A stretch of DNA of 64,000 bases from Klebsormidium nitens (lineage: Eukaryota > Plantae > Klebsormidiophyceae). Below are positions 1 through 12,741 of the stretch, piece by piece (the first letter of the stretch is position 1; every line of letters starts with the position of its first letter). The stretch covers positions 62,001 to 126,000 of the forward strand of contig DF237175.1 in NCBI GenBank assembly GCA_000708835.1, written 5' to 3'. The notes under the pieces were generated by a model. It was not told the DNA's origin, did no database searches, and saw only the letters and a program-made list of their open reading frames with translations. The position numbers and the translations under genes are program-made.

Positions 1-899
1 GAAGGTCGAAGAAAGAGCTCTTCATTGGCGATGTCATCATCCAGCCCAAGCGGCAAACCAACGAAGAGCCGGACCGAAACGTGGATCACCGTTCTTTGCC
101 GAGGCACGTGCAATCATGGAGTAATATCCTGATCCAGCTTTTGGTACCCTTGAATCTTGTGACGTATATCGTATCAGGTTGAAATGATCTCGCTAAGACT
201 CTCGTGAATCCAGGTACGGAAGGAATGGCCTCACAGTCTGGTCATCAGCGGAGGGGAGACTCCCTGTCACCAAACAGCAAGGCGCTGAGCTACGGGGGAG
301 CGAACGGGACCGCCACAGATCCCACTAGGTAGCTTCCCTGGCGTTTCGTGACTCCCTTCTGCCTTTTTTGTTCTTCGCTTTCCTTTTTCCCTCCTTCCTT
401 TGTCTTGAATGCACCTGTACTAGGATGCGGGGGACTTACTACAAGGGTACGAGCCAGCTTGTTGCGGAAATCATATTAATATGGTTAAGTACTATCTTTC
501 AGCTTCGATAACAAAAAACCGTCCTGTAAAGTTTCCCTGCTCCTTCTGAACGATCGACCGGGAGCTGCGGTTGTTTGGATCTACTTGAGCGCATCCTTTC
601 CGACAATTATTAAAGAGGCTGCAAAGTCTATCATCGTCCTCTAGATCAATCTCGACATCCGGGGCAAGTAGAAACGCGTCCATATCAAGATCAAAGACAT
701 GACTCACCAATCTCCGGGCTCATGATTCTGGGTGGTCCTCGTCATTACCTCTTGACGAGGCGATCGTGAAGTGCCCGCTTCCTCTTAGCACCAGGTATTG
801 CTTCTAGAATCAGGCGCTTCTTAAGAGTAGAGAAGTGTTCAATTTGTTGTAACATCTCATGTTCGAGATCCTCTCAAAGAAGTCTTTTGGGTATCGCAG

Positions 900-1071
900 G
901 AGGTTCCAAGATCTGGAAGCCGTTGCGGAGAAGGACGCCAAGATTTTAGAATTGCGGGAGACAAACGAGCTTCTCGATTCGAAAGTGAAAAAGCTCGAGC
1001 AATTGGTTAGGTTAAAGGAGTCAAAGATCCAGGCGTTGACCGCAAAACTGCAGCAAGCAGGCCTTGCGTAG
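900..1071 (+). CDS. SPEF1: Terminal exon of a SPEF1/CLAMP-like (sperm flagellar protein 1) gene; upstream exons probably at 1-450 and off-window
   Basis: Acceptor ...tatcgcag|G at 899/900, then RFQDLEAVAEKDAKILELRETNELLDSKVKKLEQLVRLKESKIQALTAKLQQAGLA*. This resembles the C-terminal coiled coil of SPEF1 (E-k-qe-l-e--et--il--KvrrLEhLl-LK--rI--L---LQ). The CH domain is not seen in the window. Confidence 0.6.
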
Positions 1072-2302
1072 CCATCAGTGCAGTACTACTGAGTCTCGTC
1101 TTACATAGCAGCCGGTGGATAGTTGTCGAGCATGGATGATACCATATAAGAAAATGATGCAGGGATGAACAATAAGGAGACGATGCAGGCCTCCTTTTCA
1201 TATTCTGGGCCTTGCTAGAGTGGCCAGGCCGTGACCACGTCCAAATGCTGGGAGCCTGAAGTCTGCCCATTACCAGACTCTGGAAGTAGGGAGTTTTCAT
1301 TTCTTAGGCATGTGAAACTGCGCCGAATTGAAACCGCAGCTAGGTGGAAAGGTGCAACCGGGAGTACAACACAGCTGGAAGATAAAAGGCACGGATGGCG
1401 CCAGCTGCCGGTTTATATCTGAAGCAATGGACAGTGAGTTTGCGAGCGGGCCTAAGTTGGAGTTGGAATAGAGCCATATCGCGACAGAAGCTCACCGTCA
1501 TGCCAGGTGCAGCACACTTACTGCGCACGGCAAGTAATTTTGTTGCACAGGCTCTGTGACTCTCTGACTTAGTACGACTGTGGTGAGCTCGCTTGTGCCT
1601 GGCAGGCGATCATGTGCAGTACGTCATCTTCTAATCAAAGCAACGTATACATCTCATGCAAAGCTTCACGGCCACGGTCCGTACGCGTGATCGTGACAAG
1701 GTAAATCTAGATTGCAAGATGATCATTAACTCTAGCTAGTGACTGCAGATGATCGTATATACCTACTTGCTGGCGCCCCATGGTACTAATCCAGTACGTC
1801 TGCATATTGGTATTGATCGAGTGCGCGTTCGTCATACAGGTTATCGTATGTGCATGCGCCCTCATGCAACCTGTGTTATCATATAGCCTTGTGCCTCAAG
1901 ATGCTTAACTTTAACTGTTTTGTTCGTATATAAAGCTGCATATAGAAGCCGGCGGCGTGATCCCGGACCGGCTGCCAACATGCGATATAGCGAAACGGCA
2001 AATTTGTCCATGGAGATCAGATGCACTTTCTGCACTGCATCTGCTTGTCACAATGCCGGGCACCGGTCGAACTGCGTAAGCTGACCCAATGGTCGAAGAA
2101 ATTGCAACGGACTAGAATTGAAGAACAGGAGATCGTCCTCATAAGCAAGCTGAAATTCTTAAGCTTACAATCACGTGTCATGAAGACTATACTTGGGCCA
2201 GCGACTAAGATCCTGCCCTGTAACATGGACGTTCGTCCACCTGAATCGAGGCTGGTACCTTTCTATTCAAACAAGTCGAGCATTATGCTGTAGGCTTTTG
2301 CT

Positions 2303-5300
2303 TCAATCGTCGTACTCGTCAATGCCGTCCTCCTCAGAAGCTTCATCGCCCGATTGTTCCGGCTCATATTCACTGACTTCCTCGTTGCCACTTGATGGAA
2401 GAGCGTGCGCTTGCTTCGGGCCATGGCCCTTAACAAGCTTGCCTAATACCTCAAGAGCTTCCAGCTCCTCCCCTACATCAACTCGTGCGCCACCCAGCCG
2501 CTCCTCTTCCTCTGCTTCGCTACCGTTCGGATACGCGTCAATCCTACCTCTTTGTGCAGGCCGCAACGAGTTGGTCTCTGCAAGCGACAAGATACCATTC
2601 AGATAGGAAACCCTAGCCGTCGCAAAGGGGAAACGCATTCCCAGCACTTCGGCAAAGATTGAAAAGCGGTCCTGCAAGGAACCACAACCCGACACGAGAC
2701 GAAGACCATAGAAGCAATCGATTAAGAGCAAGGCTTCAAAAGCGAACAAGAGAATACGCCTTGTAGCCTCCGCAAAAACCTGGCCAAAACAACCTGAGCC
2801 CGTAGTCTGCTGACGTACCGTGATCTGGCTGTCCATATTGCTTGGGGGTCGGCTCTCCAGCATACAGTTCGGAGTCCTCCCCGGAGCTTTCGCCCGCGGC
2901 GTCACGGCCCCCATCCCGGTCCTCTTGAGCTTGGTCAGAACCGCCATTGTGCTCGTAGGGCCCCTCCCTCTCCTCGACAGCCTGCATGTTTCCAACCGAG
3001 CCATAAGACTCTAACAAAAGACTGCACCCTTTCCAGTGTTCTTTGCTGGGGTATAGGCCCGCACAAAAGCGACGAACCTCTCAGATTCGAATAGCTTCGT
3101 TTGCTATATTAGGATGGCCTGCACCTTAAGCCCTTAAACTTCTCACGGTCCTCGCAGCCCGCCTTTTCTCTTCCTCCAGAGAACAATGGTGCATGCAGCC
3201 AAGCATATAAGTAGGCCTCCAAATCCGTGACCATCAAAGCAAGCCTTAACAGAAGCCTGTGATCTCATCTTTGAGAAAACACTGTATTTTCAACTTCCTC
3301 ACCTGCTGCGCAGCGCCGTTCTCCTCGTCCTCCTCCAACTCCACATCGTCCAGCTTTGCATAGTCCACCTGCTTCTTTTCCCGGGTGGGCCTCCTTGGGC
3401 CCCCCAACCCGCCCCCGTCTTCCTCAGACCACTCCTCCCCCCGAGTCTTTCGCCGCCCCACCGGCCGCCGGCCGCTCCCCCCGCTCTTGTGCCGCTTCCG
3501 GCCACGGGCCTCGTGGTCCGACTCGTTCAGCAGGGCGTCCAAATCGGCGTCGGAGTCGTCTTCGTTGTCGCCGTCCCGGTAGCGCTTCCGCTCCTTCTGC
3601 CGGAGGCCGCCGCGGGCGGGCCGCCGGGCGTCGCCGTCCGACTCGCCGGAGCCGAAGTCCTCGCGGTACCTGCGAATGAAGCTAATCTCACTTTGTTGAG
3701 GGAAAGAGAAGACGGAGAGCGCGCAGAGGCACGGCAAAAGGCCCTCAACGGAGGAAGAGTGATCGTAATAGAGCCCGTAAGTTGCCTTTCTATGTATGTT
3801 TAAGAGGAGTAGCGAAAGACAAAAGCGGTGCAATTGGTGAGCAGAGACGACAATTCCGATCAGCTGCCAACGACATTGCTTCGTTGCTTGCCTTGCATAA
3901 CTCCCTGTCGTACAGTCTTAGCACCTTCGTAAACTACTCCCGACTTCACGTGGACGATGAAACGAGCTCGCCTTACCTAGAGCGTGCGCCAGATTGCCGA
4001 CGGGCTTTCCGGCCTCCCCTTTGCCCGTCCTCGTCCTCTGGGTCAAAGTCTTCCTCGTCCTCATCTTCCTCCTCGTCCTCTTCATTGCTTCCCCTGGAAA
4101 ACAAATCGCTCGATCTGGTCAAAAGCACCTTCAAACATATTCGAGCGTTACGCCTTTCTATGAGGACTTGTCTTTTGTAAACCGGCACGAGGTAGGAAGT
4201 CAATTGGCTGGCTTCTCGGCAGGAGGGGGTTCCAACAAACAGAAGCGAGAAGTCGTGCAAGTCCTTGATCAGAACGCTCCGTGAGATTCTGGAGTCGACC
4301 TTCACCTAGACTTCCAGCTGTGTCCATGAAAGCGCAATTGCGAACGAAAGAAGTCGGTAATAACGAACATGGCACAGATGTTATCTTTACAACATACTAA
4401 CGAAACTTACTGGCAGAAGTGCACCACCCCCTTGAATCAGGTGGAAGGGAGCCACAATCTTTCTCGGCGACCCTAACAAGTATCTTCGCCGTTTTCAGGC
4501 TCCAAAACTTGACCTTCCACAACCGACATCCGTGAAATCTTACATCACAAAAGCGCATCTGAGACCGCTCACATGTACTCCTCGTCGTCCTTGTCCTCCT
4601 GTGCGCCCGCATCCGGCAGCTCCTCGCTCTCACTCCGCTCCCCCGCCTCCACTTGCCCGCGCTTTTCATCGTCATACACCACCTCCCCCAGCGGCTGCGC
4701 ATCTTCTTCCTGGTCCGCCACCGCCTGCATCGTCTCCTGCGCCTGCGTCACGCGGTTGCTCGGCCGCCGCTCCCGGTGGCTCCGCCGCTCGGCGGCGTCG
4801 CTGTCGAGGCCCGCGTCGCCGCCGCTCTCGGCGCCGCTCGCAGAGATGCCGGGCCGGCGGTGGCGCTCGCTCCTAGGTGGTACGGGAGGAATGTTTGTTT
4901 TTCTTTCAAGGCTTCGTTGAAGCAACTAGAATGTTTTGAGACGCGCGGGGTCGGTTGTCTCATGTACCGCAAATGCCATCTTGCACGCAATAATCCCGGC
5001 AGATTCGGTAGGACTGGCTTGGGCTGGTGCACCACTTCGCTCCTCGGGGCTGGCATTGCAGACGCTCATTTCGGGCCTCAGGAAGAGACGGTCTGTCGGT
5101 ATGATCGTCCCGGCCCGAAACAAACATCCGTGCCGAACTCATCTTATTTGGGGTTCTTCCAAGGTTCAAGGACGGGGCGAATTCAGAACGTGACGTTGTC
5201 TGACGTCACCATAAATCCGGACTAATGGTATGTGGTCGTACAAGGCGACCAAAAGCGCGGGACGTGTAAAGAAGCCTTCCTCACCTTCTAGCTCCATACG

Positions 5301-8300
5301 GATCGTGATCCTGGCCGCTGGCATGGCCGTTTTCGCGGCCGAACCTCCGTGGCGGTGAGCTGTGCCGTGCTCCTTTCCTTGTTGCGTCTCGAATGACCTG
5401 GTCGTAATCATCTGGAAACGACGAGAAAGAGGACCATTCGCTAAGACCGGTTCTCATGCCAGCTGCAAAGAGCCAACGCTGTCGCCAATCTTGAGCCGCT
5501 TTTCACAGCCACCTTCGGGCAATGGTGCTTGCCCTTGGCTTCGCATCCGAGGTTCTTTTGAGCATGAAAGGGCCATCACTGCAAGATCGTCAATCCCCCA
5601 GCACACGAGAACGTGGTAATGGAAGCTCAATCAGAACGGCAAGGTGAGGTCTGGCTGGTTGGTCGCTAAACTCACCGTAGCTGTAATCCACTTGCTTCCG
5701 CTCCCTCTTCGACCTTCCAAACGCCAGCCCTGGACCGCTCAGGAGAATCTGCAGGTTCTCCGCCTGCCGCTGCTGCCGCCTAAGCCGCTTTTCTCGTTGC
5801 TGCACACAAAGGGTATTCGTGAGACCCATGACTGCCGGCAATGCTGCTTCAATAGCTAATTGACGTTTTGACCTCATGACAGCAGATCCAAGGACACTCC
5901 TCGAATGTCAGCGTTCCGAGCCTATACCAAATGAAAGAGGTGGCAGACTGAACATCAACATCATTCAAGGCTGTCCTATCATCTGGACTCACGGAACGTC
6001 CTTGATATCAACCAACTGGATGTCGAGCCGTTCTCCTCCTGATTCAACCGCTGAGGGCTATCGTACAGCCTGCTTCGCCCCAATCAGATCTCACGCCCAG
6101 ACCTTGTTCAACAGGTAGCTCCGGCAACGTCATCCTTACGACACTCAGGGGCGACTGTTACACGGGCATATTTCCCGTCGCTGCGCAGTTCGCCGGCTCG
6201 AAACTCGGCACTTAACGGTACTCCACTCAAATCTGGCTGACAAGTCTCGCCGCTAACCTGGGCCATACGACAATCAGGCGTAATCCAAACACTCGTTTAA
6301 TAAAAGCAACCAGCCCCCGGACGAAGACAGCTTTTCCGCAACAGACAACTACACCAGTACGAAAGCGAGGCCCGTTTCACCCACCCGCTCCTTCTCCTCC
6401 AGCTCCGCTAGCAGCTCGTCCCGGATGAACTTCCCGAGCCGCTGCTCCTTCCTGTTGCCGCTGCTGGCAAAGCGCTCGGCGACCCGCTTGAAGTCGTCGA
6501 CCTGCGCGCACACCGTTTCCCACTTGCCGGGCTCCGGCTCCAGCGCATGGATGCCGATGCCGCGCTTGGGCCCCCCGCGGGTGCGCGTCTCGCGGTACAG
6601 CCGAGTGCCCGCGTAGTAGTTGTCCTCGTACCTGGAGCAAAATGGGGTATGGTCTTGTGTGTCTGGGAAGCTACAATAGGGGGCGCTTTTAGGCAGAACC
6701 ACGGAATGGCTGGGGGGACGACCAAGAATCGCAGCGGTGCCGTTCAATATTGGGCGTCAAAAGATGAACGCTCGAGATCTTTAGTTTGCATTCGGTTAGG
6801 CATGGTCTGTCTGAACCCCGGTACTGGGACCGGTTCTGCCAAAGTTTGCAACCCTCTGGCTAACTCCGCAGACTGGGGTCCTTACGTTTGTAATCGGACG
6901 ATAGCGCTGCGATCCCGACCATCGCGAATATCTGCGGTCCGCCCGCGTTCAGTCTCGAGTCCACTATCGAACACGACAAGCTAGTTCGGTTACGAGTGCC
7001 CCAGTGTTTGAAACAAATCTCCATTCTTCCAGACCCGTTCCTTCAGGCAAAGCATCTACAAGGAACCCAAATGAGCCCTGCCTGGTCCAAGATTACCAAA
7101 TCCCCAGTACGTAGAGCGAAACCTGTGCATGACTCACCAGTAGGTTCGATTCTTCGAATCCCACCCGGTCGCTTGGAGCTGTACAGACTCTGGCATGACC
7201 CCGATTTTGATGCTCTGTTCCATGGCGTCTCGGCAGTCGTCTTGCTGTATGAGCAATGGAACGCGGCTTCTTTCAAACCACAACCGACCAGATCTTCGTC
7301 ATTCACCATTTCCTGAACAAGCATTCAGCAGACTGCTTTGAAAACCAAGAGCTGTCCAATGGCAGGCAAAGCGAGTTGTGAAGAGGCAAGGTTCTCACAT
7401 TGCACATTGCAAGCGGGTTTGTGCTCACATCGTTTCGCATCTCGCAGAGGGCCTTCAGGATTCGCACGCGGTCCCGAGGAGACAACTGGTCATACGCCGC
7501 ATCTTCTTCCCTGAAGCGGAAAGCATTCAGAGAGTCAGGCTCTGCTCCCGTCACATCCTCGCTAAGAGGTGGCGTACCAGCATGGGAGAGTCTCCGATGC
7601 AACATGCCATTTTTGAGGCCCTTCAACAGCAACTTGCAATCTGACCGGTATCAGAGTCCGGTATTGCATTACCGATCGAGGCACAGACCATGCCAACCAT
7701 CAACACTCCACTTCCTTGCCAAACAGATGGCCAAAATAAGGGAAGGAGAATCTCTTTCTTGGATTGCTAAAACATGAGCAGAACTATCATGCTACAAACT
7801 TACCCCTTTGGGATCGCTGGTGTGATTGGAGAACCCCCCCCAGCAAACTGTACAGAACAAGAGATCACATGCTATGTTATCTTTTCGACTTTCTTGCAGG
7901 ATATTCCAGAGTGGCGCAGCTCAGTGACTGGATCTTGTCTGCCTTCCGTACAAATTTGCGGGGCACACCCAGTCGATTGAAGTACTTGAACAGTCAGCAA
8001 TGTGAGCGGCTGTAAGTCAACCTGAGGGGCATAGAGGTCCGTTCGCTTACCTGCCACCATTTGTCCTTCAGCTTTCTGAAGAGGTCGTATGCCCAAGTAC
8101 TTCTATCAAGATTTTTTGGAACTGGAGGCACCCCCTGAAGCAGAGTGAACGGGTGGCAGTTAGCGCGCTCATATCATGACTTTGTCCAGTCTTTGCAGAT
8201 GGTACCAATAGCTGGTTTCCCTGGACTTACAATAAGAGCAACCAATTGTAAACAGTCAAGCGGAGGTAGCTTCGGCAGCAGAAGAACAGCAATGGCAGCC

Positions 8301-9116
8301 GTCGCAATCAGTCAGAAAACTTTGTGACCAGCTGCAGCAACAGTAATGGAACCAAGAAAAGGATGCCACGATCACCTTGAGAAGAGCAATGTGGAGATCC
8401 TTCAGCAGGGAGGGGGCCAACGGCTCGAGCAATGCGCTCTCCAGTTCGGTGGCATCAAATGCAATGGGAATGTTGAGGATGTCCTTGTAAACCTGCATTG
8501 ATAGGCCCAGCTCTTAGCAGCCAGGAAGACCCTGAGCTCAGAACGTACTGAGCACACAACATATCACTTTTTCAAGCAGAGTCTACTTGCCGCAGGCAGA
8601 CTAACGCAGCGCCTAAGAACCAAAGCAGCCGTTCATTCTACTCCAGTGCGGACGGAAAGCCTGATTCAGCAGGCGCCCTCAGTTGTTGATGGAACCCTAA
8701 TTTTCAAGGGGTGCAAAGTAATGGCTCACATTCAAGAAGTTCAGGATTGATGCAAGCTCCCACATGCACCGCAACTCATAGATTTCTGGATCTAAGCCGG
8801 CGCTCAGGTCTTCGTCTTCAACACCAGGACCATCAGGCCCGTCATTCTCCTCGTGCTCCCCTAAGTTTTCCTGCAAGCGATCAGCTGCCGCTACTTTCTT
8901 TGCACTGCGAGCTGCCTTCTTGGCAGCCGCCCTATCTTTGGCCTCGCGAGTCGCCCTCAACCTCTCTTCCCGCTCCTCCCTAGCCTCCTCTTCGAGCTTT
9001 TGCTTTGCTGCAGCAACACAGGCCCGCGCAGGCCTGCGACGCGGCAGGAACTCCTCAGGCAGATTGTTGATTAGTGCAGCGGTTGCCGCATCCATACTGC
9101 CGCCTTCTGAAGACAT
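2303..9116 (-). CDS. DDR4: DDT/WHIM-domain chromatin-remodelling subunit, DDR4-like (ISWI partner), multi-exon
   Basis: Phase-consistent exons include 9116-8730 (..LRCMWELASILNFLN), 8492-8376 (VYKDILNIPIAFDATELESALLEP..DLHIALLK), ~8133-8050 (GVPPVPKNLDRSTWAYDLFRKLKDKWWQ), ~7540-7430 (YDQLSPRDRVRILKALCEMR; WHIM1), ~6631-6385 (YEDNYYAGTRLYRE..KWETVC..DELLAELEEKE) and ~5800-5670 (GRSKRERKQVDYSY). These are followed by acidic low-complexity exons (4150-3975, 3670-3300, 2980-2820, 2578-2303). The motif order matches plant DDT-domain DDR4 proteins. Confidence 0.85.
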
Positions 9117-10062
9117 GTTTACCCCCAGAGATGCACTTGCAGCTTGATTGCAGCTAATTGTCTCCTTGGGTAAGGATCAAGCATCAATGCTCTCCTGCAA
9201 ACAGATAGACTTGGGTAAACGTGCTGCAAAGGTCTGCTCAGCAACCGGATAGCTGGCAATCGAGAAGAACAAGCACAGCCGCTAAAAGCGGAGAAACTAT
9301 AGGCAGAGTGCAAGTCTTTGCTTGACATGCATATCCGCAGATGCAGGCGCATATTTCTGCCCCTGTTGATGATGGGAAAAGCATCCTGTACCTTAGATTA
9401 TCTCATAATTTTCCTGACAAAGCGCCACATAGATCATGTAACAGATCAGAATGCACCGCAGGCATCCAGCACCTAGACAGGCAACGAGACAACTCCCTAA
9501 CTTCTGTAGAAGTTTACCCACCTGGAAAATGGCCGGTCGGACCATCGGAGCAAAACCTGTGTATCTGCCTTGCAAACCCTGTACAAATCCAATCGAGTGT
9601 AGGTGCATTGGTCCTTCCCTCCATGCACCCATGCGTCGCCAGCCTGCTCCGTTCAACCATCTTCCTTTTAAAAGTTTTTGACAGGAACATCATGAGCTGG
9701 TTTCGGACTCCCCTGGGGAAGTTCCATTCTTTGGATCATTGACGGCTTCGATGAGCCAGAAGTTATTCAAGATTTTGATTGGGCATCATCAACGGTCAGA
9801 AAAGTAGACGGCGCGTTCACATTCACAACGACCCCTCTTCTTGAATGCAAGCTGCCGCCCCGCCGTGCAGCAAATTCAATGCTGGTGGCGTGAAGAGCGT
9901 TCAAGTGTTCATTCATGCTTCTTGGCCTCCTTCAGGATAATGTGTACTTTTCGCGGGAATAAATCTAGCAGAACGGGGTTTTCTGCAAGAACTGACGAGG
10001 AACTCGCTAATGCTGTGCAGAGGCTTTTGAAGGAATTGAATCTCTTGCTGTTCGAAAATCAG

Positions 10063-11786
10063 TGGCTGATGCACAGACTCTGGCCACAATCCAGGCGAGA
10101 GTAGATTTGCAGATAGCTGCCCGCCGCGGTCCAGTCTGCAATTTGAGAAGTGGGACAACTGTGAGAGTTGCCAATATGTGCATCTACTGAAGTCGCTATG
10201 GCGCTCCCTGAGATTGAGGTGTTGGTGCGTCATTCAGGTCCGCAAGAGAGGTAAGCACAGTTGCTAAGCTGAAAGGCCGACCAGGGTCTTTTGCAGGATT
10301 GCCCTTCTCTGCGGCAAAGTTGCAGGAAGAAGGTTGTTGTGCTGCCAAAAATGAAGCAGCCATATGTGAGAGTATGGTGTTGATATGTATATGTTTGAAG
10401 GATTGTGATGGGTGCCACCTTTAGCGTGCTGCGTGAACCTTATTCAAGTGCTTCGTTTGACTGCTCATGAAGTTGAGGGAACAGAAAGATGATTGAATCA
10501 TCTTGAAAGAATCAGAAAAGGAAGTACCAATCTTTGCAAGGCGTGTTATAGTTGGTGGTATAAATTGGAACTTTAGTGTGAAAGAAACCATTTTGTGTAC
10601 GCTGTGCAGTGAGCAATCTGCATCCTTGCAGCGGCTACCCGTGCGCATTGGTGAGACTGTGGCAGGGCTGAAAGCTCTGGGACTATTATCGGAAGGTGTA
10701 AAATTGGGGCCAGATGGCGGTGCCACGCTTTTTTCTAATGGAGTGGAGGTAATTCACGAACTTCTCAGTATCGAAGGTCGCGCACTTTTCCTTCTTTTCA
10801 TACAGGTTAAATAGCTTGTCCTTGTCCTCACGATTTTACATGTGCCCCGCAATTGAGTTGGCAGGACTCCCACTGGGTACAAGAAACTATCTTAATGAAC
10901 CCACATGAAAAGTGGTAACCTGAAGAAAAGCTAGTCAGAAGCTGGTGTTAGCCTGAGCTTTGTGGCAACTCCCTTTTTGATCAAGGATACAAAGGAGTGC
11001 TTGTGGCAGAGGCGTCTAATCTGTTTGTATGCCCTGAAGTTTCACTGATTCTTTGGCAGCTTGCTGACGCATCAACTCTAGACCAATGTGGAGTCCACGC
11101 AGCCACTGGGGAAGAGAGGTGAGGTTTCACTGCGTCAGCTTTTGTTCACTGCATCCTTTTCAAACGAAACCTGACGGCTCGTGAATCGCTGAAGGATTCT
11201 GATGCAATGGAACGATTCAAGTAAGGGATAAGCGAAACACGGCCCTTGATTTGATCCGTTTTGTTAAGCTATGTGCTAGCGGCAACGTGGGATACAAGAA
11301 GCGTCTGCTGGGGTCCGATCCTTGAGGATTCATAAATCTCGAAAACTCCAGCTCATCACAAGACGTACGATATCTTGAACTTTGTGCAGTTGGGCTCCAG
11401 ACTTCATCTACCCCAACGGTTGGCAGCAGATGTCCCACAGGAAGGCCACTGCAAAGGTGAGTTAAGCTGGTCAAGCTTTGTTACAGGCCAAAGGTACATT
11501 TTCCCCGTCCCATTGAGGTTGCTCAGCCCGCCAGGTTGACACGAAAGAAGTTTGGAAGTTTACTCGCAAAGGACTTTCCACTTGGCAATGTTCTCGAAGT
11601 TTCAGGTGTAGGCAAGGTGTTCCACGTCTAGGCACTCGAGCAGATCTCATGAGCTTCTACAGAAGCTTTTTGTTGCTTCTTGCTCCGATCGCTGTTCCTG
11701 AGGTTGACATCTTTTTGTGCAGGCCAGGGGTGTTCCTGATCAATGGTCGAGGATTTCGGGGTCCAAGTACGGCTGGGGTTCGTTAG
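10063..11786 (+). CDS. Candidate uncharacterised multi-exon gene, 5' end unresolved (may extend to ~9690 or further)
   Basis: Four exons with good GT/AG sites join in phase: ~10610/10631-10748, 11082-11118, 11390-11456 and 11723-11786. They give ..RLPVRIGETVAGLKALGLLSEGVKLGPDGGATLFSNGVE|TNVESTQPLGKR|VGLQTSSTPTVGSRCPTGRPLQ|RPGVFLINGRGFRGPSTAGVR*. Possible upstream exons are 10063-10160 and 10238-10250, but they do not join in phase to the downstream set. No family recognised. Confidence 0.35.
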
Positions 11787-12741
11787 GAATGTTGAGGATG
11801 CAGAAGTGGACACTTAACCGGCTATTTTCTCCTTGGCTTATGCTTATTGGAATGATACTGCTGGCCAACTTGGCTTGAGGACGTAGTCGACATGCAATGG
11901 AAGCGGCCGCTCATTGCATGTACCATACGAGTGTTGCACTAAGTTGTAATCACCATAGTACATTCCAGTTGAATGGTCGCCCATAATCACTAAGTAGGCT
12001 CACAAGGTTGAATAATTGTGTAGCACATGCAGGCGACGGTTCCGCCGCAGTGAATCGGAAATCAGTATAGTGCCTGCACTGCACATGAGGGTCATGTCAT
12101 TCACATAATTCGGGGAGCTGGATATAGCCTGATCCCATGCACATTGCGCGGTCATGGACCCGGCCCCTGCCATGGTACGTGGCGGCGGGCGCGGCCATGG
12201 CCCATGACCCCTTTTTCCTATACTGGCCCGGCCCCAGCTCCGCTCAGGTGACGGTTCGAGAAGCTTCAAAACCCGAGGTAGTGGCGTGCCCAGTTGTCAG
12301 GTTGCAACAAGCATGTATTCAATCACGTTCTATAGAGGTTTCGTTCTCAGGAAATGTGAGAAAAGAAGACACGTTACATGTTCGAGGACCTAGGTCGGCG
12401 TGTGCGTGCGATTGCTCAACAAGTACGGTAGATGTAACGACTCTAGCTCTCAACTTAGATTAGGCTTAATAAAGCTTACAGTCATGCTAAATCCGTGCCG
12501 TAACGACAGTACAGTGTCAACGCCGTGCAACGAGACCCTTCCAAGTGTCGTTCGAATATACGGATCTGACTGACATTTCTACCTGCTTTGGCTGACCTTC
12601 GAGGCCGGCTAGAGGTTGCGAGCCTAGGTCTGCGCAGAAGATGCGATAGGCCCACCGGGGTTCCTCCCATGTGCTGACTAGGCGGACTGGAACTCTTACC
12701 TATCTTCTTCTGAGAAGTGCCATATCCATGAAGGTCTGGAA

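Noticed and set aside
2193-5225. Many overlapping + strand ORFs rich in Ser/Pro/Arg
   Set aside because: They are antisense shadows of the GC-rich acidic DDR4 exons. The same applies to the shadows at 15997-16820, 33459-34451 and 55063-55644.
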